64,000 bases of DNA, taken from positions 32,001 through 96,000 of the IMG/VR virus record IMGVR_UViG_3300047564_002270. The stretch is one strand, 5' to 3'. Below the pieces are notes generated by a model. The model saw only the letters and a list, made by a program, of their open reading frames with translations. It searched no databases and was not told the DNA's origin. Numbering within the stretch: position 1 is the stretch's first letter; the number at the start of each line of letters is the position of its first letter. A program made the translations under genes and the position numbers. The stretch comes from a virus. Shown here piece by piece: positions 24,477 to 34,085 of the stretch.

Positions 24477-25090
24477 CAATTAAATTCATTGATGCAGTAA
24501 AAAACCATAAGGATTTACCTCACCAAAATGATGCCTGGGCATTTCTTCAAGCAACTGTTCATAAAGAAGTTTTAGATGAGTTTTCAAGAAGATTTAGAAA
24601 TGAAAAGATAGACCCTACTCTAGAAGGACTTCCAATTCCTGGTGTAGATTTAATAAAAAAGTTTGAAGGATGCCATTTAAAATCATATTACGATCCTCTT
24701 ACTGGAGGACTTCCTATCACGATTGGGTGGGGAAGCACTCGCAGAAAAGATGGAACTCGTTTTATGATTGGGAATACTATTACTCAAGATGAAGCAGATG
24801 ATCTACTTTATTATCAACTGCGCCGTGAGTTCCTTCCTTCATTACAAAAAATACCTTATTGGAGAGAGATGAATGAAAATCAACAAGGCGCAATTCTTAG
24901 CTTTGCTTATAATCTTGGCGCTGATTTTTATGGAAGCCCTAACTTTAATACGATAACCAAAGCACTCAAGGAAAAGAGATGGGGTGATGTTCCTGCTGCT
25001 TTAGAACTTTATCGCAATCCTGGAACAAACGTGGAGGCAGGATTACTTCGTAGAAGAAAGGCAGAAGGTGCTCTGTGGTCTAAAAAGTAG
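24473..25090 (+). CDS. GH24 phage lysozyme (endolysin)
   Basis: LIKKFEG....Y.D......TIGWG; SFAYNLG; GLLRRRKAE. Confidence 0.93.
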   Translation: MTIKFIDAVKNHKDLPHQNDAWAFLQATVHKEVLDEFSRRFRNEKIDPTLEGLPIPGVDLIKKFEGCHLKSYYDPLTGGLPITIGWGSTRRKDGTRFMIGNTITQDEADDLLYYQLRREFLPSLQKIPYWREMNENQQGAILSFAYNLGADFYGSPNFNTITKALKEKRWGDVPAALELYRNPGTNVEAGLLRRRKAEGALWSKK

Positions 25091-25091
25091 T

Positions 25092-25427
25092 TCAGTAAGG
25101 TTTAGCAATACCCTCATTTAACATTTTTTCATTAATGGTTACTGGGTCTCCCACAAAATAAAGAGTTCCAAGTATTCTTCCATACTTATCTTCTTTTGTT
25201 GTTTCAATTACCCACTCTCCTTCACGGGAGAGTTCTTTTTTTAACCACTCTTTTGCCGCTAATCCTTTTGCCTTTTCTTCTAAATTTAAGGTCTTTGTTT
25301 CTGCTGTATTGATGCCTTTCAGACGAACTCTGTGAGATAGTGTAATACCAAATCCTAAATCAATATCTAAATCTACAGTGTCTCCATCAATGACTCTGGT
25401 GATCTTCTTGATCTTGTATTGATACAT
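25092..25427 (-). CDS. thermonuclease (SNase-like)
   Basis: RVIDGDT, VRL.GI.T.E, DKYGRILG. Confidence 0.9.
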   Translation of the reverse strand: MYQYKIKKITRVIDGDTVDLDIDLGFGITLSHRVRLKGINTAETKTLNLEEKAKGLAAKEWLKKELSREGEWVIETTKEDKYGRILGTLYFVGDPVTINEKMLNEGIAKPY

Positions 25428-25530
25428 TTAATTCATCTGTTGCTTCTTTAAGTATGTAGTAGATTATCCAAGCAACTCCAAGCAATCCAATACCTAACAT
25501 TATAATCACTGACCAAACTACTTCACTCAT
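25387..25530 (-). CDS. small TM protein
   Basis: MSEVVWSVIIMLGIGLLGVAWIIYYIL; start moved to 25530. Confidence 0.6.
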   Translation of the reverse strand: MSEVVWSVIIMLGIGLLGVAWIIYYILKEATDELNVSIQDQEDHQSH

Positions 25531-25816
25531 TTTTATTATCCTCAGGTTTCCTCTTAAGGTCCGCTTTAAGGGCGATGATAGTTGCAAGTAGAGACATTAG
25601 AGTTTGAACGGATTCTGAAGTATTATCGTCACACTTACTGGGTGGTTTTGCTCCAGTTTGATTAAATGCTTTGACTAGATACAAGTAATGAAGACTTGTC
25701 ATTACTTTAAAATTACAAATTATATAATTTGTAAAGGTCATACCAACGATTGATGCTGCGACAAAAGCAACTAACATTGGGACAATATTGTCAAGGGTGG
25801 GGTATTTAATTTTCAT
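25523..25816 (-). CDS. two-TM small protein (possible holin-like)
   Basis: Two hydrophobic segments and a charged C-terminus. Confidence 0.6.
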   Translation of the reverse strand: MKIKYPTLDNIVPMLVAFVAASIVGMTFTNYIICNFKVMTSLHYLYLVKAFNQTGAKPPSKCDDNTSESVQTLMSLLATIIALKADLKRKPEDNKNE

Positions 25817-26004
25817 CTTCCTTCTTGTTTATGTATCCAAGTCTTCAATTCATCTAAATATTTTCTTAACATTTCTGCTTTTGCGAGGTGCCACTCATCA
25901 CCGCTCTTGAAGTATTCTTGCGTGTGATTGTCGATGGCTTTTAGAATATTATGGATAGGAGCATTCCAAGGCTCACGCTTTGGAGTATTCCATTCTCTTG
26001 GCAT
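25813..26004 (-). CDS. hypothetical protein
   Basis: ORF track, GAGG RBS. Confidence 0.7.
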   Translation of the reverse strand: MPREWNTPKREPWNAPIHNILKAIDNHTQEYFKSGDEWHLAKAEMLRKYLDELKTWIHKQEGR

Positions 26005-26010
26005 AATTCC

Positions 26011-26112
26011 TCACTTTTTCTTTCCGCCGTTCTTTGCTTTCTTCGCAGTCGCATTACCTTGATTTTGTTTTGAAGGTCCTTTTTTTCCCTTCTTGTTAGG
26101 CGACTTAGACAT
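26011..26112 (-). CDS. 33-aa Lys-rich peptide
   Basis: MSKSPNKKGKKGPSKQNQGNATAKKAKNGGKKK; AAGGA RBS; late-like CATAAATA at 26136-26143(-). Confidence 0.55.
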   Translation of the reverse strand: MSKSPNKKGKKGPSKQNQGNATAKKAKNGGKKK

Positions 26113-26194
26113 TATTAGTCCTTATGATACATGAGTATTTATGGCATTGACATACTTATAAAAAGTATGATAGTATAAAAAAAAATTTATTAGT

Positions 26195-26770
26195 ATGCCA
26201 TCTTCGATAAATGTATTCAATGATATGATCAAAGATCATCTGCAAATAATTAATCCAAGCACAGTTTTGGATGTAGGTGCAGGTGCAGGAAAGATGGGAT
26301 ATCTTTGTAGAGAAGCAGTTAAACATTCTCGAATAGATTGTATAGAGCCAACCGAATCTTATATCGATACGTATAAATTAAATACAATTTATAATAAGGT
26401 TTATAATACATCAATTCAAGATTTTGCAACAAAACATTGTCAAAATAGATATGATTTAGTTATTTTTGGCGATATCTTAGAGCATTTATTTCGTTCTGAA
26501 GCCATTGATTGTTTGGACTTTATTCTCTATAGAACAAATTGGGCAATGATTGTTTGGCCCACAAACTTACCTCAAGATGATTGGGGAGATAATACTTATG
26601 AAATTCATAAATCAAATTTTAAATTAAATGATATTGCTTCAAAATTTGATGTTCTTTACTATAAGAAAAAGTTTTTGGGGTATCACAATAATAATTCTGA
26701 ATATCCTTCTTATGAACTTAATTATTGTCTTATGAGAGGACACGCTGCTAAGAGAAATATTTCCTTGTAA
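26195..26770 (+). CDS. class I SAM-dependent methyltransferase
   Basis: VLDVGAGAG; YDLVIFGDILEH. Confidence 0.88.
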   Translation: MPSSINVFNDMIKDHLQIINPSTVLDVGAGAGKMGYLCREAVKHSRIDCIEPTESYIDTYKLNTIYNKVYNTSIQDFATKHCQNRYDLVIFGDILEHLFRSEAIDCLDFILYRTNWAMIVWPTNLPQDDWGDNTYEIHKSNFKLNDIASKFDVLYYKKKFLGYHNNNSEYPSYELNYCLMRGHAAKRNISL

Positions 26771-26793
26771 TCGAAAAATTTGGGGAAGACCCC

Positions 26794-26864
26794 TTGACTT
26801 CCTTTTCAGGAAGTGTTATGATAAATACAACATCAAGTTAAGAACTGTTACAACTTCTTAATCT
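26794..26864 (+). promoter_or_regulatory. psbA promoter with triple HLR1-like repeat
   Basis: TTGACT-17 nt-TATGAT, overlapping late-like GATAAATA; GTTAAGAA/GTTACAAC/CTTAATCT at 10-bp period. Confidence 0.6.
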
Positions 26865-26868
26865 TTGT

Positions 26869-26945
26869 GCTCCCGTTAACCGAGACCTATGGGAGGGTAA
26901 ATCACGTCTCTCATATCCACACTGGAGGGTGGTGTGGAACATAAT
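26869..26945 (+). ncRNA. PhotoRC-II-like leader RNA
   Basis: CTCCC/GGGAG stem with loop GAGAC pairing to GTCTC; CCACACT/GGTGTGG hairpin; upstream of phage psbA. Family named from memory. Confidence 0.65.
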
Positions 26946-26989
26946 GATACTAGTTCGTCCCCCCGAACTCATATCTAACACTCTTACAA

Positions 26990-28069
26990 ATGACTGCTAC
27001 AATTTCACGTCAACGACAACTTAATACTTGGGACCAGTTCTGTAACTGGGTTACCTCAACCGACAATCGTCTTTATGTCGGGTGGTTCGGAGTCCTTATG
27101 ATTCCTTGCCTTCTCGCTGCTACAACTTGCTTCATTATTGCATTCATCGGTGCTCCCCCTGTGGACATTGATGGCATCCGCGAACCAGTTGCTGGTTCTC
27201 TGATGTATGGAAACAACATCATCTCTGGTGCCGTTGTTCCTTCTTCTAATGCTATCGGACTTCACTTCTATCCTATCTGGGAAGCTGCTTCACTTGATGA
27301 GTGGCTTTATAATGGTGGACCTTTCCAACTTGTTGTATTCCACTTCCTCATTGGCATCTATGCTTATATGGGTCGTGAATGGGAACTCTCCTATCGTTTA
27401 GGTATGCGTCCTTGGATCTGCGTTGCTTACTCGGCACCTGTTGCTGCTGCTTCTGCTGTATTCCTTGTATATCCTTTCGGTCAAGGTTCTTTCTCTGACG
27501 CTATGCCACTTGGCATTTCTGGTACTTTTAACTACATGCTCGTATTCCAGGCAGAACATAACATTCTGATGCACCCCTTCCATATGCTTGGAGTTGCTGG
27601 TGTGTTCGGTGGTTCACTGTTTTCTGCGATGCACGGTTCTCTGGTTACTTCTTCACTGGTTCGTGAAACCACTGAGAACGAGTCACAGAATTATGGTTAT
27701 AAGTTCGGACAAGAAGAAGAGACATACAACATCGTTGCTGCTCACGGGTATTTTGGTCGCCTTATTTTCCAATATGCTTCCTTTAATAACTCGCGTTCGC
27801 TTCACTTCTTCCTTGCTGCCTGGCCCGTTGTAGGCATCTGGTTTACTGCTCTTGGTGTTTCCACGATGGCTTTTAATCTCAACGGACTGAATTTTAACCA
27901 GAGCATTCTGGATAGTCAGAACCGTGTGGTTAATACTTGGGCTGATGTTCTCAACCGTGCTGGACTTGGTATGGAAGTGATGCACGAGAGAAACGCACAT
28001 AACTTTCCTTTAGACCTTGCTGCTGCTGAAGCAACTCCTGTTGCTCTCACTGCACCTTCTATTGGTTGA
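26990..28069 (+). CDS. psbA: photosystem II D1 (Glu130 form, intronless)
   Basis: Full-length D1: NRLYVGWFG...MGREWELS...[13 protein letters not shown]. Confidence 0.99.
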   Translation: MTATISRQRQLNTWDQFCNWVTSTDNRLYVGWFGVLMIPCLLAATTCFIIAFIGAPPVDIDGIREPVAGSLMYGNNIISGAVVPSSNAIGLHFYPIWEAASLDEWLYNGGPFQLVVFHFLIGIYAYMGREWELSYRLGMRPWICVAYSAPVAAASAVFLVYPFGQGSFSDAMPLGISGTFNYMLVFQAEHNILMHPFHMLGVAGVFGGSLFSAMHGSLVTSSLVRETTENESQNYGYKFGQEEETYNIVAAHGYFGRLIFQYASFNNSRSLHFFLAAWPVVGIWFTALGVSTMAFNLNGLNFNQSILDSQNRVVNTWADVLNRAGLGMEVMHERNAHNFPLDLAAAEATPVALTAPSIG

Positions 28070-28088
28070 TAAACAACTCTTATCAAAA

Positions 28089-28113
28089 TGGGGTCCTTCG
28101 GGACCCTTTTTTA
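28089..28113 (+). terminator. intrinsic terminator (UUCG loop)
   Basis: GGGTCC-TTCG-GGACCC-TTTTTT. Confidence 0.8.
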
Positions 28114-28165
28114 TTGCTAAATAGTTAAAGTTATGCTATAATAACTTTAACAACTAAAAACGATT

Positions 28166-28600
28166 ATGAAAACTTGTAAAATCTGCAATCAACTAAAACC
28201 ACTTACGGATTTTTATCAAACCGTAAGAAATGGAAAACCATATGGTCATCACGGAAAATGTAAATCTTGCTATGTAAAAAAACAACAAGAGAATTATGAC
28301 CCTATTAAAAAACGAGATGAAAACTTGAAAAGAGTTTATGGTATTGGTATTGAAGAATATAATATTCTTTTAGAAAAACAAGGACATAAATGTGCTATTT
28401 GCAAATCTACCGACCCAAAAGGCAGAAAATCTGGTAGAGGTGGTGGAGTAGATGTTTTCTATGTTGACCACAATCATAAAACTGGTGAAGTAAGAGGTCT
28501 TCTTTGTAATGTTTGTAATAGGACGATTGGATATGTTAATGAAGATGTTGAGTTGATTAAGAGTATGATTGATTATGTTAAAAGGCATAAAGACGATTGA
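28166..28600 (+). CDS. F-CphI-like homing endonuclease (endonuclease VII family)
   Basis: LKRVYGI...Q...CAIC...VDHNHKTGEVRGLLCNVCN; directly downstream of psbA, as in S-PM2. Confidence 0.88.
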   Translation: MKTCKICNQLKPLTDFYQTVRNGKPYGHHGKCKSCYVKKQQENYDPIKKRDENLKRVYGIGIEEYNILLEKQGHKCAICKSTDPKGRKSGRGGGVDVFYVDHNHKTGEVRGLLCNVCNRTIGYVNEDVELIKSMIDYVKRHKDD

Positions 28601-28631
28601 ATACATAAATACCTAAAAAGTATCGATACAA

Positions 28632-28886
28632 ATGAAAACTTTTAGAGGGTTTATATTGGAGTGTGAATTGATTGAAATGGCTCAAAGAGAAAAACTTCCC
28701 GTAGGCAAAATGCTCAAGCAGGCTGCAAGACATAAAGACCCAGAACGAGTTGCAAGAATGGGTGAGGTTGCTGACAAGTATGATCCTGAAAAGTCCAAAA
28801 GAAAAGAGGAAGATAATAGACGAACAGGAGGACGTAAAAGAGATGCGGGAAGACCTAGAAGTAATGAACTTCAGGATAATTGGTAA
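28632..28886 (+). CDS. putative internal head protein
   Basis: MKTFRGFILE N-terminus like the T4 capsid targeting sequence; CATAAATA late promoter upstream. Confidence 0.6.
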   Translation: MKTFRGFILECELIEMAQREKLPVGKMLKQAARHKDPERVARMGEVADKYDPEKSKRKEEDNRRTGGRKRDAGRPRSNELQDNW

Positions 28887-28907
28887 ATTAAGATCTTCTT
28901 GATATTT

Positions 28908-28933
28908 GAGAGACCCGAAAGGGTCTCTTTTTT
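28908..28933 (+). terminator. intrinsic terminator (GAAA loop)
   Basis: GAGACCC-GAAA-GGGTCTC-TTTTTT. Confidence 0.8.
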
Positions 28934-28950
28934 ATGAGCACTAACACCCA

Positions 28951-29001
28951 TTGACATCCTCCATAAAAAACCTTATAATAAATATTACAAATCGTTAAGG
29001 A
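28951..29001 (+). promoter_or_regulatory. psbD promoter with HLR1-like repeat
   Basis: TTGACA-17 nt-TATAAT; ATTACAAA-TC-GTTAAGGA. Confidence 0.65.
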
Positions 29002-29005
29002 GATT

Positions 29006-30067
29006 ATGGTTTCATCTACAATTTCTCAACCTATTCAACAAAGGGGGTGGTTCGATGTCCTGGATGACTGGCTTAAACGAGATCGCTTTGTCTTTGTGGG
29101 TTGGTCTGGATTACTTCTTTTTCCCACTGCTTATTTGGCCCTTGGTGGTTGGCTTACTGGCACAACGTTTGTTACAAGCTGGTACACCCACGGGTTGGCG
29201 TCTTCTTATCTTGAAGGCGCTAATTTTCTCACAGCAGCTGTTTCGACGCCTGCAGATGCTATGGGTCATTCTCTTCTTCTACTTTGGGGTCCTGAGTCTC
29301 AAGGGGATTTTGTCAGGTGGTGCCAACTTGGGGGACTCTGGACTTTTGTGGCGCTCCACGGAGCCTTTGCTCTCATAGGTTTTATGCTCCGCCAGTTTGA
29401 GATCGCTCGTCTGGTAGGTATCCGTCCTTATAACGCAATCGCATTCTCTGGTCCTATCGCAGTATTTGTTTCTGTATTCCTGATGTATCCACTGGGTCAA
29501 TCCAGTTGGTTCTTTGCTCCATCCTTTGGGGTGGCAGCAATCTTCAGGTTCCTACTGTTCCTTCAGGGTTTCCACAACTGGACCCTCAACCCCTTCCATA
29601 TGATGGGAGTTGCTGGTATACTAGGAGGAGCACTGCTCTGTGCAATTCATGGAGCAACTGTAGAAAATACATTATTTGAAGATGGAGATCAAGCGAACAC
29701 ATTCAAGGCATTTGAACCAACACAAGAGGAAGAGACCTATTCAATGGTTACAGCAAACCGTTTTTGGTCACAGATTTTCGGCATTGCTTTTAGTAATAAG
29801 CGTTGGCTTCATTTTTTCATGCTGTTTGTACCTGTCATGGGGTTATGGACTAGTAGCATTGGTATTATCGGTCTGGCTCTTAATCTTCGTGCTTACGACT
29901 TTGTAAGTCAGGAAATCAGGGCTGCAGAAGATCCTGAGTTTGAAACCTTCTACACGAAGAACATTCTACTCAATGAAGGTCTTCGTGCTTGGATGGCACC
30001 TACAGATCAACCTCATGAGAACTTTGTGTTCCCAGAGGAAGTTCTACCGCGAGGTAACGCACTGTGA
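29006..30067 (+). CDS. psbD: photosystem II D2
   Basis: Full-length D2: [16 protein letters not shown]...[10 protein letters not shown]. Confidence 0.99.
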   Translation: MVSSTISQPIQQRGWFDVLDDWLKRDRFVFVGWSGLLLFPTAYLALGGWLTGTTFVTSWYTHGLASSYLEGANFLTAAVSTPADAMGHSLLLLWGPESQGDFVRWCQLGGLWTFVALHGAFALIGFMLRQFEIARLVGIRPYNAIAFSGPIAVFVSVFLMYPLGQSSWFFAPSFGVAAIFRFLLFLQGFHNWTLNPFHMMGVAGILGGALLCAIHGATVENTLFEDGDQANTFKAFEPTQEEETYSMVTANRFWSQIFGIAFSNKRWLHFFMLFVPVMGLWTSSIGIIGLALNLRAYDFVSQEIRAAEDPEFETFYTKNILLNEGLRAWMAPTDQPHENFVFPEEVLPRGNAL

Positions 30068-30198
30068 ACGCTCAGTATTTTCTATACTTAGTTCTATTTG
30101 TATTTGCTCTTATCATTATTCTCAATGAGGATCACGATAATGATGATGATCAAGACGGGGGTATTTTACAACCCGTCTATTCACAAGGACAAAGTTAA
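30064..30198 (+). CDS. 44-aa TM peptide with acidic DDDQDGG tail
   Basis: GTGA overlap with psbD; followed by a terminator. Confidence 0.55.
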   Translation: MNAQYFLYLVLFVFALIIILNEDHDNDDDQDGGILQPVYSQGQS

Positions 30199-30306
30199 AA
30201 ATAAATAAGAGGAGTTCTCTGAACTCCTTTTTTTTATGTTATTCATTCTCATAAGTTTCATACTCTTCGGATTTTTTATGTTTATTATGTCTATTACACA
30301 AGATTT

Positions 30307-30861
30307 ATGAAACGTATAATTTTTGCTATTCTTTTGGTTTTATTCTTTGTTCCATTAGAGTCTCAAAATAAAACTCTGAACAATTATGGAGTGAAGGATA
30401 GAACAATCACACCAACGTTGATAAGTAATACAGTTTCTAATATTCCTATCACAAAGGAAATGAGTTATAAGAAACTGGAAACTTTAGTCCCTTATATCAT
30501 AAAAGCAAGTCAGCAATTTAATATTCCAGAAAATGTTCTTGCTGCAGTTCTTTATGAGGAGATATTGCACCGCAAACCAGTTGATGTAAAGACCTTTGGA
30601 GTTGCGCAGATGGGAGTTCAGGAGTTAGTTATTCAAGGACTTCCACCAAAGAAGCAACTACTAGAAGATGATGAAGTATCTGTATGGTTACTTGCAAGCA
30701 AACTTCGCCGCCTTCAAAAGGAAACAGGTTCTTTAAAGACTGCGATTATATTGCATAATGGGTATTATGATTATTATGAGTCTATAAAAAAATCTGCAAA
30801 GGACACTAAAATATTATCTCTTTTAGAGCAACGTACTAGTAGAAAAACATTATTTGTCTAA
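30307..30861 (+). CDS. secreted lysozyme/transglycosylase-fold protein
   Basis: Signal peptide; ASQQFNIP...LAAVLYEE...FGVAQM. Confidence 0.6.
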   Translation: MKRIIFAILLVLFFVPLESQNKTLNNYGVKDRTITPTLISNTVSNIPITKEMSYKKLETLVPYIIKASQQFNIPENVLAAVLYEEILHRKPVDVKTFGVAQMGVQELVIQGLPPKKQLLEDDEVSVWLLASKLRRLQKETGSLKTAIILHNGYYDYYESIKKSAKDTKILSLLEQRTSRKTLFV

Positions 30862-31001
30862 TGATTACCTCCGAAACTCCATACAAACTAGCAGAAATTA
30901 TAAGAGATACTTGGCCAGGTCTTTACAGAAATCCACGAGTGTCTTATAATACTAAAAACAATATACAAGATGAACGAATATTGGATCGTAACAGAAAATA
31001 A
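30861..31001 (+). CDS. 46-aa hypothetical
   Basis: MITSETPYKLAEIIRDTWPGLYR; TAATG coupling. Confidence 0.5.
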   Translation: MITSETPYKLAEIIRDTWPGLYRNPRVSYNTKNNIQDERILDRNRK

Positions 31002-31242
31002 GACTGGAAGAATTATTGCTCACTGTGGGGATATTAATGATGCGATAATGATGGTTTCTTTTGATCCTCAACATCGCTCATATAGTCGTCATCGTTTTCT
31101 TATGGATCAGGTAATTGATATAACTTCGACTACTGATAAACAACTTCCAGGTCAACAAGGACTTCCTGCAGGTAAAGTAGAACAACTCAATCCTCATAGG
31201 GAAAAACTTCCAGAAGGACAACAAGAACCTGTAGTTGTATGA
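30970..31242 (+). CDS. hypothetical protein
   Basis: ORF track. Confidence 0.65.
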   Translation: MNEYWIVTENKTGRIIAHCGDINDAIMMVSFDPQHRSYSRHRFLMDQVIDITSTTDKQLPGQQGLPAGKVEQLNPHREKLPEGQQEPVVV

Positions 31243-31366
31243 ATAAAATAAAAAAAGTTATTGAATTCTTTGAAAGAGACTCTGATATTACTTTATATGA
31301 TGAGTGGCATTACATTTATATCACTATTAAAGAATGTATTAAAATATTAAAAAGTAATTAAATAAT

Positions 31367-33049
31367 ATGATAAAAGTATTATTCTTTGGTATAGAAACAA
31401 AAGATCATATGTGCGAATATGATTTTATCGTAAATGAATTACTTCCTAGTCAAGTTGAACGGGACGATTATTTTCTATCATTAGAAAATATTAAAAATAC
31501 TACTGAAAAATTTGATATTTTTGTATATTTCTGTAGAGAACCTCAAAATTATTCTTGGAGTTATATACCTACTTATAATGAAGTTTTAGAGGCTGTATTA
31601 AAAACAAATCCAGAAATTATAATACAATTATCTGATGAGTTTGTGAGTGAAGATTTGCAAGATCATAATAAATTAGCAAATTACTGTCAATTATTTTTAA
31701 GAAATTATCATCATAAAAATTATTTTTATACTGATAATACTGTGCATATTCCACTTGGTTATACGAATGAATGTAAAGTATTTCAAGAAAAGAAAGATTT
31801 AAATTGGTCTTTTTTGGGTGAGATTAAATCCGATAGATCCAAAATGATTACAAGTTTTTTAAACATTCCAAATCATTTTGTTGGTAGGTCTATGCCAAAA
31901 GATGAAATGTGTAAAATATATTCTAGATCAATTTTCGTTCCATGCGGCCGCGGTAATTCTTCTTTGGATTGTTTTAGACTTTATGAGGCATCTATGAATG
32001 GGGCTATTCCTGTTGTAGTTGGTTCTAAAAAAGAAATAGAAACTACATTTAAATATGAAAAAAATCCTCCTTGGATTTTTGCAACTTCTTGGGAGGATGC
32101 AGTTAAGACGTGTAAAGATTTATTGAATGATGAAGAAAAAATAATATCAATTAGAGCAGATATTTTATTATGGTGGCAAAATAGAATTAATGATATAAAA
32201 AAGATAGTTGAAAAATGTCTGATAGAAAATTCAGTAAATAAATTAAAAAACTTTCCGAAAATATATTGCGTAAGTTTGGAAGAAAATTCTCTTCGAAGGA
32301 ATATGTTATTAAGTGAATTTTCTAAATATGATATAGCAGAAATTAATTTTTTGTTATCTAAAAAATATCCAGATAATAATCATATAATAGAATCTGATTA
32401 TTTGGATGATGATATAGTTAATTTGAGAGGTGCTGACTGCACGGCGTCTCACATCAATATGTTAAATAAATGGATAGAAGATACTGATGATGACTATGCA
32501 TTCTTCTGTGAGGATGATTTAAGTTTAGAAACAGTTTCTTATTGGAATTTTACTTGGGACGAATTCTATAGTAAACTGCCAAAAGATTGGGAGTGTATTC
32601 AGTTATTCATTATAAGTGATCATTTTAAAGTTGAGTCTCTTGAAATAGCACCAAGAATGTGGAATTTTTGGGGAGCAACTGCTTATCTTATGAAAAAAGA
32701 TTATGCTAAAAAGATAGTTAATACTTATTATAAGAATAATAAATATGTTCTTAATCCCATAAACGAAACTCCAATACATTGTTATTGGAATCCTGATTGG
32801 ATGTTTCCTGATCAATCAATTGTAAGTGTTGAGTGCTGTTTATTTCATCATAAACTTCCAATTGTAGAAAATATTCTTTTTACTGGGATTGGAAAAGTAT
32901 ATAATTGTCCGATATTTATTGAAAATATTTCTATAGATTCTACTTTTGTTTCTGGGCATAAGTTTGGACATTTAGAATCTCATGAATCTATTTTGAATTC
33001 TTGGAGATTGCACAAACAAAATAAATTATCATTGCAGTTTATGGATTAA
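31367..33049 (+). CDS. fused glycosyltransferase (exostosin/GT47-like plus GT25-like)
   Basis: FVPCGRGN..DCFRLYEA...GAIPVV; second half IYCVSL...R, SH, FCEDD. Confidence 0.8.
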   Translation: MIKVLFFGIETKDHMCEYDFIVNELLPSQVERDDYFLSLENIKNTTEKFDIFVYFCREPQNYSWSYIPTYNEVLEAVLKTNPEIIIQLSDEFVSEDLQDHNKLANYCQLFLRNYHHKNYFYTDNTVHIPLGYTNECKVFQEKKDLNWSFLGEIKSDRSKMITSFLNIPNHFVGRSMPKDEMCKIYSRSIFVPCGRGNSSLDCFRLYEASMNGAIPVVVGSKKEIETTFKYEKNPPWIFATSWEDAVKTCKDLLNDEEKIISIRADILLWWQNRINDIKKIVEKCLIENSVNKLKNFPKIYCVSLEENSLRRNMLLSEFSKYDIAEINFLLSKKYPDNNHIIESDYLDDDIVNLRGADCTASHINMLNKWIEDTDDDYAFFCEDDLSLETVSYWNFTWDEFYSKLPKDWECIQLFIISDHFKVESLEIAPRMWNFWGATAYLMKKDYAKKIVNTYYKNNKYVLNPINETPIHCYWNPDWMFPDQSIVSVECCLFHHKLPIVENILFTGIGKVYNCPIFIENISIDSTFVSGHKFGHLESHESILNSWRLHKQNKLSLQFMD

Positions 33050-33067
33050 TTAAAGGAGAATATTTAA

Positions 33068-33307
33068 ATGAATTTTACAGTTTATTCGAAGCAAGGTTGC
33101 CCATATTGCGTAAAGATCAAACAAGTGCTAGAATTGGCAGGTCTTGATCACGTAGTTTACACTCTTGGAAGCGATTTTAATAGGGATCAATTTTACGAAC
33201 AGTTTGGTTTAGGTTCTACTTTTCCGCAAGTTGTTTTAAACGATCATGAAAATCTGGGCGGATGCTCTGATACAGTCCAATACTTACAGGAGAAAAAACT
33301 AGTTTAA
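33068..33307 (+). CDS. nrdC: glutaredoxin
   Basis: CPYC, TFPQV, LGGC. Confidence 0.92.
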   Translation: MNFTVYSKQGCPYCVKIKQVLELAGLDHVVYTLGSDFNRDQFYEQFGLGSTFPQVVLNDHENLGGCSDTVQYLQEKKLV

Positions 33308-33666
33308 TGGAAACTAATTTTTACGAAGTTTATAATGACGTAGAAAAAGCAATCGATTTTGCTTTTCAGGGAAAATTTGTTTTGAAATTTTATGATTATT
33401 TAAAAATTCGTAAAACAAAAAGATGTGAAGTTGAGGGATTTATCAAAAGTTTCACCGCAAATGAAATCGATAGTCTTGTTAGAGATTTAGATGATTATAT
33501 TGAAGGTGGTTCAGATGAAATTCATAAACAACTTCGTGAAGGTTATGGGCATATCCCAAAACCGCAAGCAAGGAAAATTAGAAATTATTTGTCTAGTATT
33601 TTAGAAGATGCCTGGAAATATAATTATGATAAACGACCAGGAAGGCGCAAAAAGAAAACTAAATAA
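33307..33666 (+). CDS. conserved cyanophage hypothetical
   Basis: ORF track, TAATG coupling. Confidence 0.75.
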   Translation: METNFYEVYNDVEKAIDFAFQGKFVLKFYDYLKIRKTKRCEVEGFIKSFTANEIDSLVRDLDDYIEGGSDEIHKQLREGYGHIPKPQARKIRNYLSSILEDAWKYNYDKRPGRRKKKTK

Positions 33667-33700
33667 GTTAGATCCTCATATTAATCGGGGATTTGAATTG

Positions 33701-33838
33701 ATGTTAAGAACACATAATAGAAAGGAGAGGCCATCAAGACCAAAAACATTTCACATTCGTTTTGGTAAGATGTTATCTCTCTTTCGAAGAGAGATACATT
33801 TAAGTTTTGATTTTCATTTAGATATTACTAAGAAGTAA
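33701..33838 (+). CDS. small basic hypothetical
   Basis: ATG 33701 in the 33608 frame. Confidence 0.5.
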   Translation: MLRTHNRKERPSRPKTFHIRFGKMLSLFRREIHLSFDFHLDITKK

Positions 33839-33854
33839 CTCTCGGAGAAAAACA

Positions 33855-34085
33855 ATGTTAGCAGTAGCTCTTACTCTAGGAACATTAATATCAATTATGT
33901 TTTTCTTTATGGGAGGCGTTTTGGGTTGGATGTTAAAGCAATATACATTTGAAAAAAATTATGTTGCATATACTCACCCAGAAATGTTTGATAATAATGG
34001 CAATTTAATACCCGATGAAATTTTAGCAGTAAGGTTTGAAAATGACTATGATAGCGACGACAACGAAGAAGAAGACGACGAATAG
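33855..34085 (+). CDS. small membrane protein with acidic tail
   Basis: N-terminal TM helix, HPEMFD..G. Confidence 0.7.
   Translation: MLAVALTLGTLISIMFFFMGGVLGWMLKQYTFEKNYVAYTHPEMFDNNGNLIPDEILAVRFENDYDSDDNEEEDDE

Noticed and set aside
26990-30067. Group I intron in psbA or psbD
   Set aside because: Both reading frames are uninterrupted and of normal length
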